Shown here: in pieces, positions 1 to 9,987 of the stretch
Layout of the letters: every line of letters starts with the position of its first letter
How positions within the stretch are numbered: the stretch's first letter is position 1
From: an uncultured Acidobacteriota bacterium
GTDB lineage: Bacteria > Acidobacteriota > UBA6911
Assembly (NCBI GenBank): GCA_963809485.1
Contig: CAWEJX010000020.1
Location: forward strand, 736,001 to 800,000
DNA: 64,000 bases
Direction: 5' to 3'
Notes under the pieces: generated by a model
What the model was told of the DNA's origin: nothing
The model's database searches: none
The model's input: the letters and a program-made list of their open reading frames with translations, nothing else
Position numbers and translations under genes: made by a program

Positions 1-179
1 TGCATGTCGATAAATCCGGGAAATACCAGAAGCCCGCGCGCGTCGATTTCCTTGCGGCCCTTTTTCCGGATCCTCGATGCAATTTCCGCGACATGGCCGT
101 CTTCGACGCCGAGATCAACGACCTTATCCAGTTTTTGGGATGGATCGACAACCCTTCCGTGACGCAGTATTAGTTGCAT
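1..179 (-). CDS. pyrC: dihydroorotase, N-terminal part (runs off window)
   Basis: Manual translation MQLILRHGRVVDPSQKLDKVVDLGVEDGHVAEIASRIRKKGRKEIDARGLLVFPGFIDMH contains the amidohydrolase PGFIDxH motif; directly downstream of pyrB. Confidence 0.9.
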   Translation of the reverse strand, partial: MQLILRHGRVVDPSQKLDKVVDLGVEDGHVAEIASRIRKKGRKEIDARGLLVFPGFIDM

Positions 180-185
180 AGGCGC

Positions 186-1136
186 TCAATGAGAATGTCT
201 TTTCAGCCTTAATCCGGCATTGCCGGAAAGCAGGTAGAGCACGGCCATTCGCGTTGCGACTCCATTGGCAACCTGGTTCAGGATGACCGAATAGTCCGCA
301 TCCGCAACATCCGAATCGATTTCAACTCCGCGGTTCATGGGTCCCGGGTGCATGACGATAGTGTCCTTTTTGGCAAGGCGCATCCGCTCCCGGGTAAGGC
401 CGTAGAAATTATAATATTCCCTCGTGGACGGGATGAAAGCTTCGTTCTGCCTCTCGTGCTGCAGCCGGAGCATCATGATCACATCCGCACCCTCGATGGC
501 TTCTTCCATCCGTCCGTTGATCTTCGCACCCAACATGTCGAAATCCCAGGGAATCAGGGTTGGAGGGCCGCATACCCAGACTTCCGATCCCATCTTGTGG
601 AAAAGCATGGTGTCGGATCGCGCAACACGGCTGTGGGAGATGTCTCCGACAATCGCGATTTTAAGCCTGTCCAGGCGCCCTTTCATGGTGCGTATGGTCA
701 GAGCATCCAGGAGAGCCTGGGTCGGGTGCTCGTGCATGCCATCCCCGGCGTTGACAATCGAGGAACGGCATTCCCTTGCCAGGAGGTGCGGCGCTCCGGC
801 GGATTCATGGCGAATCACAATAATATCCGGCGCCATGGCTTCAAGGTTGTGCGCCGTATCCAGAAGAGTCTCGCCCTTGGAGACGCTGCTGGTGGATGGC
901 GAAAAATTCAGGATATCGGCGCTCAGCCGTTTTTCGGCCAGCTCGAAAGACGAACGGGTCCGCGTGGAAGGTTCAAAAAACAGGTTGATGACCGTTTTGC
1001 CGCGAAGGGTGGGAACTTTCTTCACCGGTCGGGCCGCGACCTCCTTCAAGGCTTCGGCCGTATCCAGTACCAGGGTTATATCGTCGACGGAAAGCTGTTG
1101 AATGCTCAGCAGGTCTTTGTGGCTGAAGGTTGCCAT
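186..1136 (-). CDS. pyrB: aspartate carbamoyltransferase catalytic subunit
   Basis: [22 protein letters not shown] and HPGPMNRG motifs; start trimmed to [10 protein letters not shown]. Confidence 0.97.
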   Translation of the reverse strand: MATFSHKDLLSIQQLSVDDITLVLDTAEALKEVAARPVKKVPTLRGKTVINLFFEPSTRTRSSFELAEKRLSADILNFSPSTSSVSKGETLLDTAHNLEAMAPDIIVIRHESAGAPHLLARECRSSIVNAGDGMHEHPTQALLDALTIRTMKGRLDRLKIAIVGDISHSRVARSDTMLFHKMGSEVWVCGPPTLIPWDFDMLGAKINGRMEEAIEGADVIMMLRLQHERQNEAFIPSTREYYNFYGLTRERMRLAKKDTIVMHPGPMNRGVEIDSDVADADYSVILNQVANGVATRMAVLYLLSGNAGLRLKRHSH

Positions 1137-1261
1137 AGCGCTCGCCTGCCGCGGCCCGGTCACTCTCGGGACTCTGCCGCGGAGAAAATTCAAAATCCCC
1201 AAAACCGCCCCACGGCCCGGAACCGGCGTTCCCGGTCTGCCGCGCCCGGGCGGTTGATTCC

Positions 1262-1876
1262 TCACGGTCCTTCCTGGACCTGGTCCGCAGCCTGCGGCGG
1301 CTGAGGCCTCTTAAAAAGGACCACGCGCTCTTCCCGGTCCTCCTCGTTCAGGCGGACTTCCACCGTTTCATCTTCCGAAGTCTGGACGTGTTTCCCCACG
1401 TAGTCCGCCTGGATCGGAAGCTCGCGCAGGCCGCGGTCGATCAGGACAGCCAGCTGAACCTTATTGGGCCTCCCAAGGTCCATGATTCCATCCAGGGCTG
1501 CGCGGATCGTCCTGCCGGTATAAAGAACATCATCCACAAGCACGACGGCGAGATTGTTGATGTCAAAATTTATCAGCGTCTCCCGCAGCATCGGCCGGTT
1601 GCTGACGGTCGTCAGGTCATCCCGGTAGAGCGTAATATCAAGGATGCCCATGGGAACGGGCCGTTTAAGGGTTGCCTCCAATTTTCGGCACAAACGTTCG
1701 GCCAGATGAACCCCGCGACGCCTGATTCCTATGATCGCAAATTCTTCCTGGCGGCTCATCCGTTCCGCAATTTCGGCCGAAATCCTTGCCAGCGCGAGAT
1801 CGATTTCGCTGGCTGTCATCAGGAGCTTGCCTTTGGTTTTTTTCATTTCAAAATGCTTTTGGAAATAGGTTGCCAT
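1262..1876 (-). CDS. pyrR: PyrR bifunctional regulator / uracil phosphoribosyltransferase
   Basis: [26 protein letters not shown] and [12 protein letters not shown] motifs; start could be 1846. Confidence 0.95.
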   Translation of the reverse strand: MATYFQKHFEMKKTKGKLLMTASEIDLALARISAEIAERMSRQEEFAIIGIRRRGVHLAERLCRKLEATLKRPVPMGILDITLYRDDLTTVSNRPMLRETLINFDINNLAVVLVDDVLYTGRTIRAALDGIMDLGRPNKVQLAVLIDRGLRELPIQADYVGKHVQTSEDETVEVRLNEEDREERVVLFKRPQPPQAADQVQEGP

Positions 1877-1889
1877 TCAGTGCGCGGCG

Positions 1890-1940
1890 ATAATATCACA
1901 CGGAAAAATGCGTTGCAAACGGCTAGTTACAACCTATACT
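1890..1940. promoter_or_regulatory. back-to-back sigma70-type promoters sharing a palindromic -35 (TTGCAA 1913-1918)
   Basis: Minus strand TTGCAA-N17-TATTAT (with TG extension); plus strand TTGCAA-N16-TATACT. Confidence 0.5.
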
Positions 1941-1949
1941 GAAATTAGA

Positions 1950-2789
1950 ATGTTGGACAAAAAGGTAAAGGTAAAAGATGTCCGGGACCTCGGAGCCGGG
2001 AACTACCTCCTGACGCTGAATACGCAGGAACAGGCGCGGCTGGTCCGCCCGGGGCAGTTTGTAATGATCAAGTGCGTCGAGGATGCGCACGAGAATCCGC
2101 TCCTGCGCCGCCCTTTTACCATATTCAACATCCACCGCCAGGCACGCAGCGGAAAACCGGCAGGGATCGAGCTGCTCGTCAAGGATGTCGGGGCCGGGAC
2201 CCATAGGCTGGCTCAGGCGCACACGGGGCAGGCGCTGGACTGCCTGGGCCCCCAGGGCCGCGGATTCCAGTTGCCTGCCGAGATGCGCAACCGCCTGGGA
2301 ATGGCCTGTCTGGTGGCCGGAGGAGTCGGCATCGCCCCTTTATATCTGCTGGCCCAGAGCCTGATGGCGCAAAACGTCAAACCGGTTTTGTTCTACGGCG
2401 GCGCAGGCATTGCCGATCTCGTGCTGCGCGAATATTTCGAACGGCTGGGCATGGAGATTTTCTGCGCTACGGAGGACGGATCCTTTGGGGAACGAGGCCT
2501 GGTGACCCAGCCGCTTGAGCAATTCCTGCAAAGCCACCCCCGCAAAGACATTCGCCTGTACGCCTGCGGGCCATGGAACATGATGAAAGCGGTTCACGCG
2601 CTATCGGTTCCGATCGGCCTGCAGTGCGAGGTCAGCCTGGAGGCACGCATGGGGTGCGGGCTCGGCGCCTGCCTGGGATGCGTGGTCCGCAGCCGGGACT
2701 CTCAGGGGGAAGAACGGTTTCTCCGCGTCTGCCAGGACGGCCCTGTGATGAACAGCCGGCTGATCGATTGGGACACTGCGCCGCTATGA
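1950..2789 (+). CDS. pyrK: dihydroorotate dehydrogenase electron transfer subunit
   Basis: LRRPF, AGGVGIAP, ACGP and the EARMGCGLGACLGC..RVCQDGPV 2Fe-2S motif. Confidence 0.95.
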   Translation: MLDKKVKVKDVRDLGAGNYLLTLNTQEQARLVRPGQFVMIKCVEDAHENPLLRRPFTIFNIHRQARSGKPAGIELLVKDVGAGTHRLAQAHTGQALDCLGPQGRGFQLPAEMRNRLGMACLVAGGVGIAPLYLLAQSLMAQNVKPVLFYGGAGIADLVLREYFERLGMEIFCATEDGSFGERGLVTQPLEQFLQSHPRKDIRLYACGPWNMMKAVHALSVPIGLQCEVSLEARMGCGLGACLGCVVRSRDSQGEERFLRVCQDGPVMNSRLIDWDTAPL

Positions 2790-2891
2790 GGATTGTCCTC
2801 ATGGGAAAGATACCGGGATTGCTAAGGATGCCGGCCTTTTGAACCCGATCCCGGTCGCAACGGCAACTCTCTATCTGTTTTTCCGCGATTT

Positions 2892-3848
2892 ATGAAAAGT
2901 ACAGCTGCTGAGAAGGAACTGCACAAAACGCCTCACATGGCGGTGGATATCGCCGGAGTGCGTTTCAAGAATCCCGTCCTTACCGCAAGCGGCACTTTCG
3001 GCTACGGGCTGGAATTCGCGAACCTCATGGACCTGAACTCGATCGGCGGCATCGTGGTCAAAGGCCTGTCGATGACGCCCATCAAGGGAAACGCGCCGCC
3101 TCGCGTGTACGAGACATCCTCCGGGATGCTGAATGCCATTGGCTGGCAGAACATAGGCGCCACAGAATTCGTGACAACGAAACTGCCGGCGCTGAGGAAT
3201 TACGACACCCACATAATCGTCAACATCGTGGGTTTTGAATTGAACGATTATCTCGAGGTCACGCGGTTCCTCAATGACTGTCCCGGCATCAAAGCCCTGG
3301 AGCTCAATATCTCGTGCCCGAACGTAAAAAAGGGAGGATTCCACTACAACAAGGATCCCCGCGACGCTTACGCCATCACTGCGGAAACCAAAAAGGCCTC
3401 GCGGCAGCTTCCCCTGTGGGTCAAACTCTCCCCCAATGTTACGGACATTCGCGATTTCGCCCGGGCCTGCCAGGAAGCGGGCGCCGACGCTCTTTCAGTG
3501 GTAAATACGTTTGTGGGAATGGCTATTGATATAGAGAAAAGGCGGCCCAGACTGCGATTCCTTACCGGAGGGCTTTCCGGGCCCGCAATCAAGCCCATCG
3601 CGCTGCGCATGGTATGGGAAACCTGCCAGGCGGTTAAAATTCCCGTTATTGGAATCGGGGGAATCGCTACGGCGGAGGATGCGCTCGAGTTTTTGATAGC
3701 CGGCGCCCGTGCCGTGCAGGTCGGAACCGTCAATTTCTATCAGCCCGATGCATCCCAACGCATCGCGCTGGGGCTGCAGGAATATTGCCGGACGCATTAT
3801 GTCGAAGACATTAACGAACTGATTGGGAGCCTTCGCGCCTATGAATGA
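2892..3848 (+). CDS. pyrD: dihydroorotate dehydrogenase (family 1B)
   Basis: [31 protein letters not shown] and [10 protein letters not shown] motifs. Confidence 0.96.
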   Translation: MKSTAAEKELHKTPHMAVDIAGVRFKNPVLTASGTFGYGLEFANLMDLNSIGGIVVKGLSMTPIKGNAPPRVYETSSGMLNAIGWQNIGATEFVTTKLPALRNYDTHIIVNIVGFELNDYLEVTRFLNDCPGIKALELNISCPNVKKGGFHYNKDPRDAYAITAETKKASRQLPLWVKLSPNVTDIRDFARACQEAGADALSVVNTFVGMAIDIEKRRPRLRFLTGGLSGPAIKPIALRMVWETCQAVKIPVIGIGGIATAEDALEFLIAGARAVQVGTVNFYQPDASQRIALGLQEYCRTHYVEDINELIGSLRAYE

Positions 3849-4554
3849 CCCGCGATCAAGACTCATCGTTGCGCTGGATGTTCCGGATCGGGCGGCCGCG
3901 CTCGCTTCGGTGGAGCGGCTTTCCGGTCACGCAGGATACTTTAAACTCGGCCTGGAAATTTTCACCCGCGAGGGGCCGCGCCTGGTTGAGGAAATCCGGG
4001 GGCGCGGGGAAAAAATATTTCTGGACCTGAAGCTGCACGACATCCCCAACACCGTCCGCGGAGCGGTCCGGTCGGCCTGCCGGCTGGGGGTCGACATGCT
4101 GACGCTTCATGCTTCCGGCGGTTTCGAAATGCTCGCGGCCGCGGCCCTGGAAGCCCGATCTTCGGAATCTCCACCGCTTCTTCTGGCCGTGACGGCCCTG
4201 ACCAGCCTTTCCCGGGAGGACGTGCAGAAGCTGGGAGTGTCCGGAACCGTCGAGCAGTGGGTGGAGAGGCTGGCCGGCCTGGCCTGCGACTCGGGGATAC
4301 GCGGGATCGTGGCTTCCGCCCGTGAGCTGCCGATGCTCCATAGGCTATTTGAAAATAGGCTGCAGTTCGTGATTCCCGGCATACGACCTGCCGGATCTTC
4401 CGCTCAGGACCAGAGCCGCACGGCGACGCCGGCGGAAGCCATCCGGGCGGGCGCGGATTTGATAGTCGTGGGCCGCCCGATCCTCCAGGCTCCCGATCCC
4501 GCGGCCGCCGCCGATGCCATCGTGGAAGAGATGCGCCTGGCCCTTCCTGTTTAA
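3841..4554 (+). CDS. pyrF: orotidine-5'-phosphate decarboxylase
   Basis: [23 protein letters not shown] and VVGRPI motifs; ATG overlaps the pyrD stop. Confidence 0.96.
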   Translation: MNDPRSRLIVALDVPDRAAALASVERLSGHAGYFKLGLEIFTREGPRLVEEIRGRGEKIFLDLKLHDIPNTVRGAVRSACRLGVDMLTLHASGGFEMLAAAALEARSSESPPLLLAVTALTSLSREDVQKLGVSGTVEQWVERLAGLACDSGIRGIVASARELPMLHRLFENRLQFVIPGIRPAGSSAQDQSRTATPAEAIRAGADLIVVGRPILQAPDPAAAADAIVEEMRLALPV

Positions 4555-4583
4555 AAGCATTTTGATAAAGCGATGGGACCGGG

Positions 4584-5279
4584 CTATTGAAGCTTCTCCC
4601 GGGCACGCCGGAAGATGCCGTCAAACATCGCATGGGTCAGTTTCCCGGTCTGCGTATTCTGCCGGCTTGGATGGAAGGAAGAGATCAGCGTCAATCGCCC
4701 AAGCTCCCATTCCCCACCGTGCCGGAATTCCAGTTTGCCGGCGGCCGGAGACTCGCACTGCTCCCGCCAGATCCTGACGAAAGCCTGGAACGCGATCCGG
4801 CCGAGAGCGACCACGACCCGCTTGTTCCCGGCCAGCCGAAGCTCCCGGCGCAGGTATTCCCGGCAGTTGCCTATCTCATCGATCGTGGGCTTATTGTCCG
4901 GCGGAGCGCAGCGCAGAACCGCCGTAATCAGACAGTCGTGCAGCGCCAGGCCGTCGTTTCTGCCGGCGGATTCGGGTTGACTGGCGTAGCCGAACCGGTA
5001 GAGCGCATCGAAGAGCCAATCCCCGCTTCGGTCGCCGGTGAACATCCGTCCCGTGCGGTTGCCGCCGTGCGCCGCGGGAGCCAATCCTATGATTACCAGC
5101 CCGGCGTCGGGCGCGCCGAAAGCCGGCACCGGACGCCCCCAGTATTCCTGATCGCTGAACCGGCGGACTTTTTCGCGGGCAACGCGTTCCCGCCAGGCGA
5201 CCAGGCGCGGGCAACGCCGGCACTTCATGACCTGCCGCTCCAAACGGAGAAAGTCCTCCTTGAATTTCATGACGTCCAT
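4584..5279 (-). CDS. uracil-DNA glycosylase, family 5 (UdgB-like, Fe-S)
   Basis: CRRCPRL, GLAPAAHGGNRTGRMFTGDRSG, RCAPPDNKP and HPS motifs; start approximate. Confidence 0.92.
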   Translation of the reverse strand: MDVMKFKEDFLRLERQVMKCRRCPRLVAWRERVAREKVRRFSDQEYWGRPVPAFGAPDAGLVIIGLAPAAHGGNRTGRMFTGDRSGDWLFDALYRFGYASQPESAGRNDGLALHDCLITAVLRCAPPDNKPTIDEIGNCREYLRRELRLAGNKRVVVALGRIAFQAFVRIWREQCESPAAGKLEFRHGGEWELGRLTLISSFHPSRQNTQTGKLTHAMFDGIFRRAREKLQ

Positions 5280-5400
5280 ATTAGCATGAACCGACGCACG
5301 CGCCGGGGCGGCACGAAAAACGAGGCGGCGGGCTTTGCGTCTTCGGTGCCTGCGGATATATAGAAGATGCATATCGATTTATGCATGATCTTTCGATAGT

Positions 5401-6801
5401 ATGGACAGCCCGATGGACAACAACAGCGATTTGACGATCCTCAGCCTGGCTCCCCTGATACGGCGGAGAAAAATTTCTCCGGTGGAACTCACCGCTTTTT
5501 GCCTCGACCGCATCTCAAAGCTCCAGCCTGCCATCAACGCCTTTATCACCGTCCGGGAAGATATCGCGCGGGAACAGGCAAAGCGCGCGGAGAGGGATAT
5601 TTCCAGAGGAAGGTACAAAGGCGTTCTCCACGGCATCCCGATCAGTGTCAAGGATCTATTCTACACCCGCGGCATACGAACAACTGCCGGCTCAAAAATC
5701 CTGCGCCGCTTCGTTCCCGATCGCAATGCGGAGGTCGTCGAGCGGCTATCGGCCTCCGGATGCATCCTCCTGGGCAAAACCAACATGCATGAGTTTGCCT
5801 ACGGAGCAACGAACATCAATCCCCATTATGGCCCGGTCCGCAACCCGTGGGACACTGGCCGCATATCCGGAGGGTCCAGCGGAGGCAGCGCGGCATCGGT
5901 TGTCACAGCCCAGGCCGTAGCATCGATCGGGACCGACACCGGAGGATCCATCCGCATACCGTCGGCAGCCTGCGGATGCGTGGGGCTGAAGCCGACCTAC
6001 GGCCGGGTGTCGCTGGAGGGCGTGATTCCGCTTTCCGGCACGCTGGATCACGCGGGCCCTATCTGCAGATGCGTGGCCGATGCAGCTCTGATGTTCGATG
6101 CCATGGCCCTAAGGAGTGTCCGCGCTCCGGGGATGCCAGGAACAACCGCCTCCGCTCTTCGAGGCGGAGTGAAATCGATTCGTCTCGGAGTGCCCCGGCA
6201 GTATTTTTTCGATCACCTGCAGCTGGCAGTCCGGCGAAGTGTGCTGGCTGCTATGAAAATCCTGAAAGAGCTTGGCGCCAGTCTTCGCGAGGTGAATCTG
6301 AAAGGTATGGAAGAGACCGCCCGGCTCGCCGCGGATATCACCGCCGGAGAAGCCCTCGCCTATCACGAAGTATGGCTGAATAAACGCCCGGAAGAATACG
6401 GCAAGGACGTTGGCGCACGTCTGGAACAAAGCAGAGGATTGACGGCCGCAGCCTATATTCAGGCGCTGCAGAAAAGGCTGGCCTACACGGAGGAATTCGA
6501 ACGCGTGCTGGATTCGGTGGATCTTATCCTGGCGCCGGCCCTTCCCGTTGTGGCGCCCGGCCTTGATCAGGAACAGGTCCGGACAGGGCGCTCGCTAAAC
6601 GACGTGCGCCTGGCGCTGCTGAGCCTGACAAGGCCTGCCAATCTCACGGGACTTCCAGCTCTCTCGGTGCCGTGCGGCTTTTCGCCGGACAATCTTCCCA
6701 TAGGATTGCAGCTGATCGGCCGCCGGTTCGGCGAGGCCACGCTCTTGCGGACCGCCTGGGCCTATGAGCAGGCCACAACCTGGCATCGCCAGTTTCCTTA
6801 A
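5401..6801 (+). CDS. amidase signature family protein
   Basis: GKTNMHEFAYG, GGSSGGS and IGTDTGGSIRIP motifs; lacks the GatA-specific SSNLARYDG segment; start may be 5413. Confidence 0.92.
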   Translation: MDSPMDNNSDLTILSLAPLIRRRKISPVELTAFCLDRISKLQPAINAFITVREDIAREQAKRAERDISRGRYKGVLHGIPISVKDLFYTRGIRTTAGSKILRRFVPDRNAEVVERLSASGCILLGKTNMHEFAYGATNINPHYGPVRNPWDTGRISGGSSGGSAASVVTAQAVASIGTDTGGSIRIPSAACGCVGLKPTYGRVSLEGVIPLSGTLDHAGPICRCVADAALMFDAMALRSVRAPGMPGTTASALRGGVKSIRLGVPRQYFFDHLQLAVRRSVLAAMKILKELGASLREVNLKGMEETARLAADITAGEALAYHEVWLNKRPEEYGKDVGARLEQSRGLTAAAYIQALQKRLAYTEEFERVLDSVDLILAPALPVVAPGLDQEQVRTGRSLNDVRLALLSLTRPANLTGLPALSVPCGFSPDNLPIGLQLIGRRFGEATLLRTAWAYEQATTWHRQFP

Positions 6802-6920
6802 AATATCGCCGTCGGAGACCGGGACCGGACTTGATCCGCAGGGTTGCTGTAAAGCTTCAGACGCCAAAATCACAGGTTTTGGCAGGCTGAAGACATCTTG
6901 ATTCATGTGCGGGGTTTCCG

Positions 6921-7967
6921 ATGGGATTTGGCCGATTCGAAAATCCGCTGGTCAGCGTTATCGTGGTGAATTGGAACGGCGCGAAGTTTCTCGAAGACTG
7001 CCTCTCCTCGCTCGAAAGACAGACCTGGCAGAACCGGGAGTTCATTATCGTGGATAACGGTTCGACAGACGGCAGCGCCGAGTGCATACGCGCCTGGACC
7101 GGGCGGATCCCTGGAGCGCGAGCGGTTTTTCTGGCCAGGAACAGCGGATTCTGTGAAGCCAACAATATTGCGTTTGCACGGGCGCAGGGCGAGTGGATCG
7201 CGCTGCTCAATAACGACGCCGTTGCGGAAGCGGACTGGATTGAGAAGATGGTCCTGCGCGGCGACCCGGCCCGCAGAATCGGCATGATAGGCTGCAAGAT
7301 TCTGTTCGCCGCGCCGGAGGGAGTTCTGGACAAGGCGGGACACCTCATCTACTGGGACGGCCAGAACCGCGGACGCGGCACCATGGAGAGGGATGCGGGC
7401 CAGTACGATAAGGAAGAAGAGATACTCTGGCCGGATGCCTGCGCTGCCCTGTACCATCGCCGGCTGTTCGTGGAAACGGGCGGCTTCGACGAGACCTTCT
7501 TCGCTTTTGGTGACGACGCGGACCTTGGGATGCGGGCAAGGCTTTTGGGCTGGAATGCGTGGTATGTGCCTTCGGCCAGGGTCTATCACCGTCACTCGGC
7601 GACGGCCGGTGCATATTCCTCCCTGAAAATCATGCTGGTGGAACGGAACAGGCTGCTGCTGGCCGTTAAAAATTTTCCTCTTCCACTGCTGCTCGCAAAT
7701 CCATATTGGTCGGCCCGGAGGTTTATGTGGCACGCCTACGCCGCTTTGAAACGGCAGGGGGCGGCCGGCCAATTCGTCTCGGCCCAGGGTTGGCTCCGCC
7801 TTCCGTTTATCCTCCTGTGGGCCCATGTCAGCACCTTGCGCCTGCTGCCGGCGGCATTGCGCAAAAGATGGAAGATCCAGAAAACCAGAAAGCTTACCCG
7901 TCGGGAGGTTATGGCTCTGCTTCGCAGGTTTCAGATCGATCTCCGGCAATTGACGCTTAGGGATTGA
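6921..7967 (+). CDS. glycosyltransferase family 2
   Basis: VSVIVVNWNG, IVDNGSTDGS, LLNND and GFDETFF..DD.DLG motifs. Confidence 0.92.
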   Translation: MGFGRFENPLVSVIVVNWNGAKFLEDCLSSLERQTWQNREFIIVDNGSTDGSAECIRAWTGRIPGARAVFLARNSGFCEANNIAFARAQGEWIALLNNDAVAEADWIEKMVLRGDPARRIGMIGCKILFAAPEGVLDKAGHLIYWDGQNRGRGTMERDAGQYDKEEEILWPDACAALYHRRLFVETGGFDETFFAFGDDADLGMRARLLGWNAWYVPSARVYHRHSATAGAYSSLKIMLVERNRLLLAVKNFPLPLLLANPYWSARRFMWHAYAALKRQGAAGQFVSAQGWLRLPFILLWAHVSTLRLLPAALRKRWKIQKTRKLTRREVMALLRRFQIDLRQLTLRD

Positions 7968-8207
7968 TGGGAGGGGGCAGAGGATCAAAGGATCAAAGGA
8001 GCTGGGGGACAGTGCGGGAAAAGATGGTTTGTTCCTGATTTCCACGGGGATAGGTTTCTATCTATTTAGTCTTGATGCTTTGCCGCCATGTCCCTTTACG
8101 TTCTGCCCTTTTTCAGCATATCCCATTCATCCTTTGCCCCTTTGCTTCTTTGCTCCTATACTTTGCGCCATAGGCCGCAGGACAGGCTTTAACCGGATGG
8201 GAGAAAA

Positions 8208-9842
8208 ATGAAGATTGCGCTGGCACAGATCAATACGGTTGTCGGGGATATAGGCCGTAATCGTGACCGGGTACTGCGTACCATGGAAAAAACGCGGGAA
8301 TCGGGCGCCGATCTTGTAATTTTCCCCGAACTCGCCCTGACCGGCTATCCCCCGCGCGACCTGTTGGGACTTCACGGTTTCGTTGAGTCCAATCTCCGGG
8401 CTTTGGATGAAATTGCCGCCCGCACAGACCGGATGGGCGCGATCGTGGGCTTTGTGGATCGCAATACGAGCCATGCGGGCCGGGATTTTTATAATGCGGC
8501 CGCCCTTCTTTCGGAGGGGAAAATACAGGCGGTCATCCACAAGACGCTTTTGCCCACCTATGATGTTTTTGACGAGGACCGCTATTTCGAGAAATCAGGC
8601 AGCGTGCATCCGGTGCGTTTTGGCGGCCGCTCGCTGGGCATTTCAATCTGCGAGGATGCCTGGAATTCCGAAGATTTCTGGCCCAAGCCCCTCTATCGCA
8701 CGGATCCTATTCGCAACCTGATCGATAAAGGGGCGGATCTCCTTATCAATATTTCGGCATCGCCATACGAAATGGGCAAACCGAAATTCCGCTATCAGAT
8801 GCTGCTGGATCACGTCCGAAAGTACCACGTGCCCATGGCGTATGTGAATCTGGTCGGAGGGAACGACGACCTTCTTTTCGACGGCGGCAGCCTGGTTTTG
8901 GGGGCGAGAGGCAACATGGTTGCTCAGGGGAATGTTTTTGCGGAAGACCTGCTGATTGCGGATCCCGATTCGACAGAAGATTGCGGATATCAGGAAGCGG
9001 AAAAAATGGAGAGCCTTTTCCGGGCTCTCGTGATGGGCACGCGCGACTATGCGCACAAGTGCGGCTTCAAATCAGCGGTTCTGGGCCTTAGCGGCGGGAT
9101 TGATTCGGCAGTTGTGGCCTGCATCGCGGTCGAGGCGCTGGGCGCATCCAATGTGCTCGGCGTTTCGATGCCCTCGGTCTATTCCGCGCCGGAGAGCTAC
9201 GAAGACGCCCGCATGCTGTCGCGGAACCTGGGCATTCCGTTCGATGGGATCCCGATTCAGCCCGTTTTTCAGGCTTTCCGCGAGTCCCTCGCCGGCGCCT
9301 TCGCCGGGCTGCCGGAAGACATAACGGAGGAGAACCTGCAGGCCCGCATAAGGGGGGCTCTCCTGATGGCTTTATCCAACAAGTTCGGGCATCTGGTTCT
9401 AAGTACCGGCAACAAGTCGGAATTGGGTGCGGGCTATTGCACACTTTACGGAGATATGGTCGGCGGGCTGGCCGTGATATCGGACGTACCGAAAACACTG
9501 ATCTACGAACTGGCCGCCCACATAAACCGGGAGAGGGACATTATCCCCCCAAACACCATCGCCCGGGCCCCCTCGGCGGAATTGCGGCCCAACCAGACAG
9601 ACCAGGACACTCTGCCGGAATATGACATCCTGGACGGCATTCTGCGGTTGCGCGTCGAGGAACAGATGAGTGCCGGGGAAATCGCGGCTCAGGGATATGA
9701 ACGGGAAACGGTTGAAAGAGTTGTGCGCATGATACACGCGAATGAATACAAGCGGCGGCAGGCGGCGCCTGGGCTGAAGGTAACCACCCGGGCCTTCGGC
9801 ACCGGACGCCGCATGCCGATCGCAATGAGAATCAGTGATTAG
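8208..9842 (+). CDS. nadE: glutamine-dependent NAD+ synthetase
   Basis: Nitrilase domain (FPEL, K, ICED) plus LGLSGGIDS, ENLQARIRG and TGNKSE. Confidence 0.96.
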   Translation: MKIALAQINTVVGDIGRNRDRVLRTMEKTRESGADLVIFPELALTGYPPRDLLGLHGFVESNLRALDEIAARTDRMGAIVGFVDRNTSHAGRDFYNAAALLSEGKIQAVIHKTLLPTYDVFDEDRYFEKSGSVHPVRFGGRSLGISICEDAWNSEDFWPKPLYRTDPIRNLIDKGADLLINISASPYEMGKPKFRYQMLLDHVRKYHVPMAYVNLVGGNDDLLFDGGSLVLGARGNMVAQGNVFAEDLLIADPDSTEDCGYQEAEKMESLFRALVMGTRDYAHKCGFKSAVLGLSGGIDSAVVACIAVEALGASNVLGVSMPSVYSAPESYEDARMLSRNLGIPFDGIPIQPVFQAFRESLAGAFAGLPEDITEENLQARIRGALLMALSNKFGHLVLSTGNKSELGAGYCTLYGDMVGGLAVISDVPKTLIYELAAHINRERDIIPPNTIARAPSAELRPNQTDQDTLPEYDILDGILRLRVEEQMSAGEIAAQGYERETVERVVRMIHANEYKRRQAAPGLKVTTRAFGTGRRMPIAMRISD

Positions 9843-9974
9843 GGATCAGGGATTAGGGATTAGGTGCATCTTTGATTCACAGCAAATCTTGCATATACGG
9901 AAATTCATCCTTAATCCGCATAGTATCAATCCCCATTCCACTCTAATCCCTAATCGCTAATCCCTAATCGCTAA
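9837..9974. repeat. inverted pair of heptamer tandem arrays (GATTAGG)x4 / (CTAATCS)x4
   Basis: 9837-9864 gattagg gatcagg gattagg gattagg; 9943-9974 ctaatcc ctaatcg ctaatcc ctaatcg ctaa. Confidence 0.85.
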
Positions 9975-9987
9975 AAGAGGGGCGAAG

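Noticed and set aside
5401-6801. Second gatA
   Set aside because: It lacks GatA-specific motifs; the true gatA is at 55211-56659 beside gatC
9837-9864. Telomere-like TTAGGG or G-quadruplex
   Set aside because: The period is 7 (GATTAGG), there are only three GGG runs, and it pairs with a downstream complementary array
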